A stretch of 64,000 nt of DNA from Amphiscolops sp. MND2022 (taxonomy: Eukaryota). The notes under the pieces are model-generated. The model did no database searches and was not told the origin of the DNA. It saw nothing but the letters and a program-made list of their open reading frames with translations. Below, in pieces: positions 61,501 through 64,000 of the stretch. The DNA is taken from assembly GCA_964187785.1 (NCBI GenBank), contig OZ076409.1, positions 79,610,001 through 79,674,000 of the forward strand, in the 5' to 3' direction. The stretch's first letter is position 1. Each line of letters begins with the position of its first letter. Position numbers and translations under genes: made by a program.

Positions 61501-63463
61501 AAAACTGAGCGAGAAACAACAGTTCTGTCTTTCGAAAACAGAACAAAGGTTTTAGTGTTTCTGAGTATTTCGTTCCAACATAAAACACTGTACAGTGATT
61601 AAAATGCAGAGTTTGATGTGTTTTTATTTTGATGACTAAAATTCTCGGTTATGAAAAAAAGTTTTAGAAATGTTTGTTTCCTAATATGGTTTTTTGTCAG
61701 TTTCATGGTAAAATTTCAGAGTGTTTTATCGGAGAGGTTCACCTGAAACTAGATACGTCACTTATCTAAAGAAGCCATAAAGTACTCACTTGAATTTTTC
61801 AAACGACACGCCATATCTGAGAGGCTCACAATTTGGTCCAGTAAAGGGTCTAATAGAATGAAACTTTAGAAATGAATGCACGTCAATGTCTTCAGAGATA
61901 TGTGAAATTTCTTCCAGATATTCGAACGTCTTTGGCAATGATCTCACAAATTGCTGTCTAGACAATGCGTCAAGTAAAACAACCATGACATTTTCAGACG
62001 GTTTGTTTTTCACTGACTTTGGAAGTTCTGCCCTTTTTGTTTTCGACCGAGCTACAAATTCCTCATTGCGAATCACCTTGACTGACAACTGTGGTTTCGA
62101 GCCTGGTTCAATTTTGAGCACAGACTCAAATTTTGAAGCCTCTTCTTCTGAAACTACTTTCACTCTATCTAAAGTGTAGTTTGCGAACTGTTTGTAACTT
62201 CCCATGTTTTCTCGCGGTATGTCGTTAATGGTGGGGTAAACTACGTATGATGTGGGTTCGAGTTTTTCCTTAACCCATGAAACGTCGTAGCCTGAGCAGG
62301 GTGAAAATTTCGCAAAGTTAAATACACCAGACATAACGGGCCACCAATTGAGAGCTGGTTCCGGAAATTCGCATGTTGATTGGTTCAGAAGGAACCCTGA
62401 CACCTCCAAGGTTGGGCTTTTCCAGAAAAGACCACTGCCTTTATAATTGATTCTCAAAAATTGGTGTTATTTAGAAAAATGAAGAAACTCCTGGCGATGT
62501 GCTTTCACTATTTTCCCAAAAAATTAAATCAAGTCTAAAGTTTATTCGAAAAAAAGCTTACAGGAAAAAAATTAAAGAAGTGTGATGAACACAGGCTCAA
62601 AACAGAGAGGTGTTAATAGAGAACTAAAATAATTTTGATGTGAATAATGCCGAGCAACTGTTGATACACGACAATTCAAAATTTCATTTTTGCCTCGAGC
62701 CATTTGTTACAAAATGTACTTTTACGCAAATTTTAATATTTCTACTGTGAAAATATTCCAAAAAAAGCATTGTTTTAAGAATCGTGAAGAAAACGCAGTA
62801 TTTGTGCGAACTTACAAGATATTGCAAAAAACCCATTTTACGTCAATTAAGGGGTCAATAATTTCATTGCTTTGAGAATCACAAACCTTCATTGTTCCTG
62901 ATGATAATAGTTACAAAAAAGACGCTGCACAGTGAGAGAAGAAGGTAAGTTTTGAGGTAATGGTGAGGTTTGACGTAAGGTAATTTTTGCATTTGGGCAA
63001 CCACGTAGTCAATAAGTTTCCAGAACAGTACGGAAAGGGTAAGAAAACTAAGAGACCCGGCTAAAACTAATCGATTGTATCCCCCGTGTTCTATGAAATC
63101 GTACCCATTCCCAGAATTCCAGGCGACAACGACTGCAATAACCCAGAAAATGCCGTACGGGAGAAGAGAATAACGCTGTGTGAAAACAATGGAATAGTAT
63201 AAGTAATTGAAAGATATAAGAGACACAGTTCCCAAAGCTAGCAGCAAAAGAAGCCCGTTTTCGTCGACAATCCATTTTCTACATGGGTCTAACTGGCCGT
63301 AAGGGCATCTGTACCAAAGCGCTAGCCAGTAGAAGACGATAGAAAGTGCAAGAAGAAAGAAGAAGACGAACGCTTCGTTGTTACACAGCGCCTGAATTCT
63401 TTCCAGCTTCTTTTCAAAAGCTTTTTTTGACAAAAATCTTTCAACTTTCTCTGATAAAGCCAT
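52598..63463 (-). CDS. Multi-TM DUF229-family (alkaline phosphatase/sulfatase superfamily) protein; exons 63463-62887, ~62438-61790, 55788-55577, 53190-52598; ~676 aa
   Basis: Hydrophobic N-terminal helices, then NVMVVLLDALSRQQFVRSLPKTFEYL, FCDPN, RCLYG, EAHE, IFLLSDHG, EMKTP, LVSMFDVHKT and RSC.DAGI...C.C. GT-AG introns with consistent phases (1,2,1) give 2031 nt. The exon-2 acceptor and exon-3 donor are the least certain boundaries. Confidence 0.85.
53898..54000. repeat. 22-bp minisatellite (cggatataacgttttcaaagtt), ~4.5 units, resuming at 54598-54625
   Basis: Tandem units are directly visible. Confidence 0.9.
54003..54593. mobile_element. piggyBac-type non-autonomous element (TTAA target duplication, CCCT...AGGG ends)
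   Basis: TTAA at 53999-54002 and 54594-54597; removing the insert restores a minisatellite unit. Confidence 0.72.
56420..57430 (+). pseudogene. Highly decayed hAT-like transposase remnant
   Basis: Broken reading frames ending in KFPEN..TILSTS...RSLSSL...RS...VQIDF, loosely like the hAT C-terminal dimerisation region (FPN..L.T.P...ERSFS.L...RS...IDF). Confidence 0.35.
58739..60566 (-). mobile_element. Truncated LTR retroelement: probable single LTR (~60566-60062), leader and 5' part of a gag-like ORF (59404-58739)
   Basis: On the minus strand, GTTACA-TAAT-TGG resembles an LTR end plus PBS; a TATA-like TATATAA lies at ~60405 and a hairpin at 60090-60163. The 221-aa ORF (MPTTRKQKK...) has a coiled-coil/acidic profile and degenerates abruptly after ~aa 190. 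No pol or second LTR is present. Confidence 0.5.
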
Positions 63464-64000
63464 ACAAAGCGTTGTTTTGTGAACGTTGAACACTTGCGAA
63501 CTTGGAAACCATGCAAGCTCAATGTTAAATCAAATTTGCAATGATGGTAGCTTTGCCAAGATCATGGCACGATTTTGCTAAAATCCAAAGATCGGTGGCG
63601 AGGGTACCGAAAGTATTAAAAGCAAGAAAAGCCGAAATATCTCTGAGTTTCTAAGTATAACTTGGTTGTATAACTTGTTTTTACTTTGGTAGAATAAAAA
63701 ACTTCTTTAAGTTCTTGAATTAGTGAATAGTACTCGAGTACGCTGGATTCCCAAATAACATAAGAGCAAATAACCTAAAAACTAACTTAGTTACAAATAA
63801 CAAAAATGAAATGAATTTTACTAATCATGAAAATAAAATTGGTTACGAAAAAGTTTTAGTGGTCTGAAGCTTTCACAATTTAAAAAAAGATTTACTGAAA
63901 AAAGTAAGAAAATTACAGAAAAAATATTGTGAGTTCGATTCTTCAACCGGTTATTCGGTTTTATTTTTATGTCATATGAACCTCATTTAATTTTTGTTAA

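Overview
This is AT-rich, intron-containing eukaryotic (animal-like) genomic DNA with many transposons; no rRNA, intact tRNA or CRISPR was found. It holds three spliced host genes, all on the minus strand. Two are tandem acid-ceramidase (ASAH1-like) paralogues with identical 4-exon structure (1042-4047; 14119-18499), the second carrying an extra ~106-aa N-terminal domain. The third is a 4-exon multi-TM DUF229/alkaline-phosphatase-superfamily gene (52598-63463). Between them lie a full-length Bel/Pao LTR retrotransposon (21029-27788) and a very large (19.3 kb), recently inserted Ty3/Gypsy element (31281-50620). The Gypsy element is the most unusual object. After bridging its stops and frameshifts by hand, its Gag-Pol has an apparent tandem (pseudo)protease and a dUTPase-like domain. 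Downstream of integrase it carries an AT-hook, a Cys4 motif and two TARG1/OARD1-like macrodomains. A separate ~1,450-aa non-Env ORF follows, containing an apparently non-catalytic SGNH (OSK-like) fold. The rest of the window is Helentron-like non-autonomous repeats, TA- and TTAA-targeted MITEs, a partial LTR element, a hAT-like remnant and a perfect 98-bp palindrome. Domain calls come from motif recognition by eye, not database searches.
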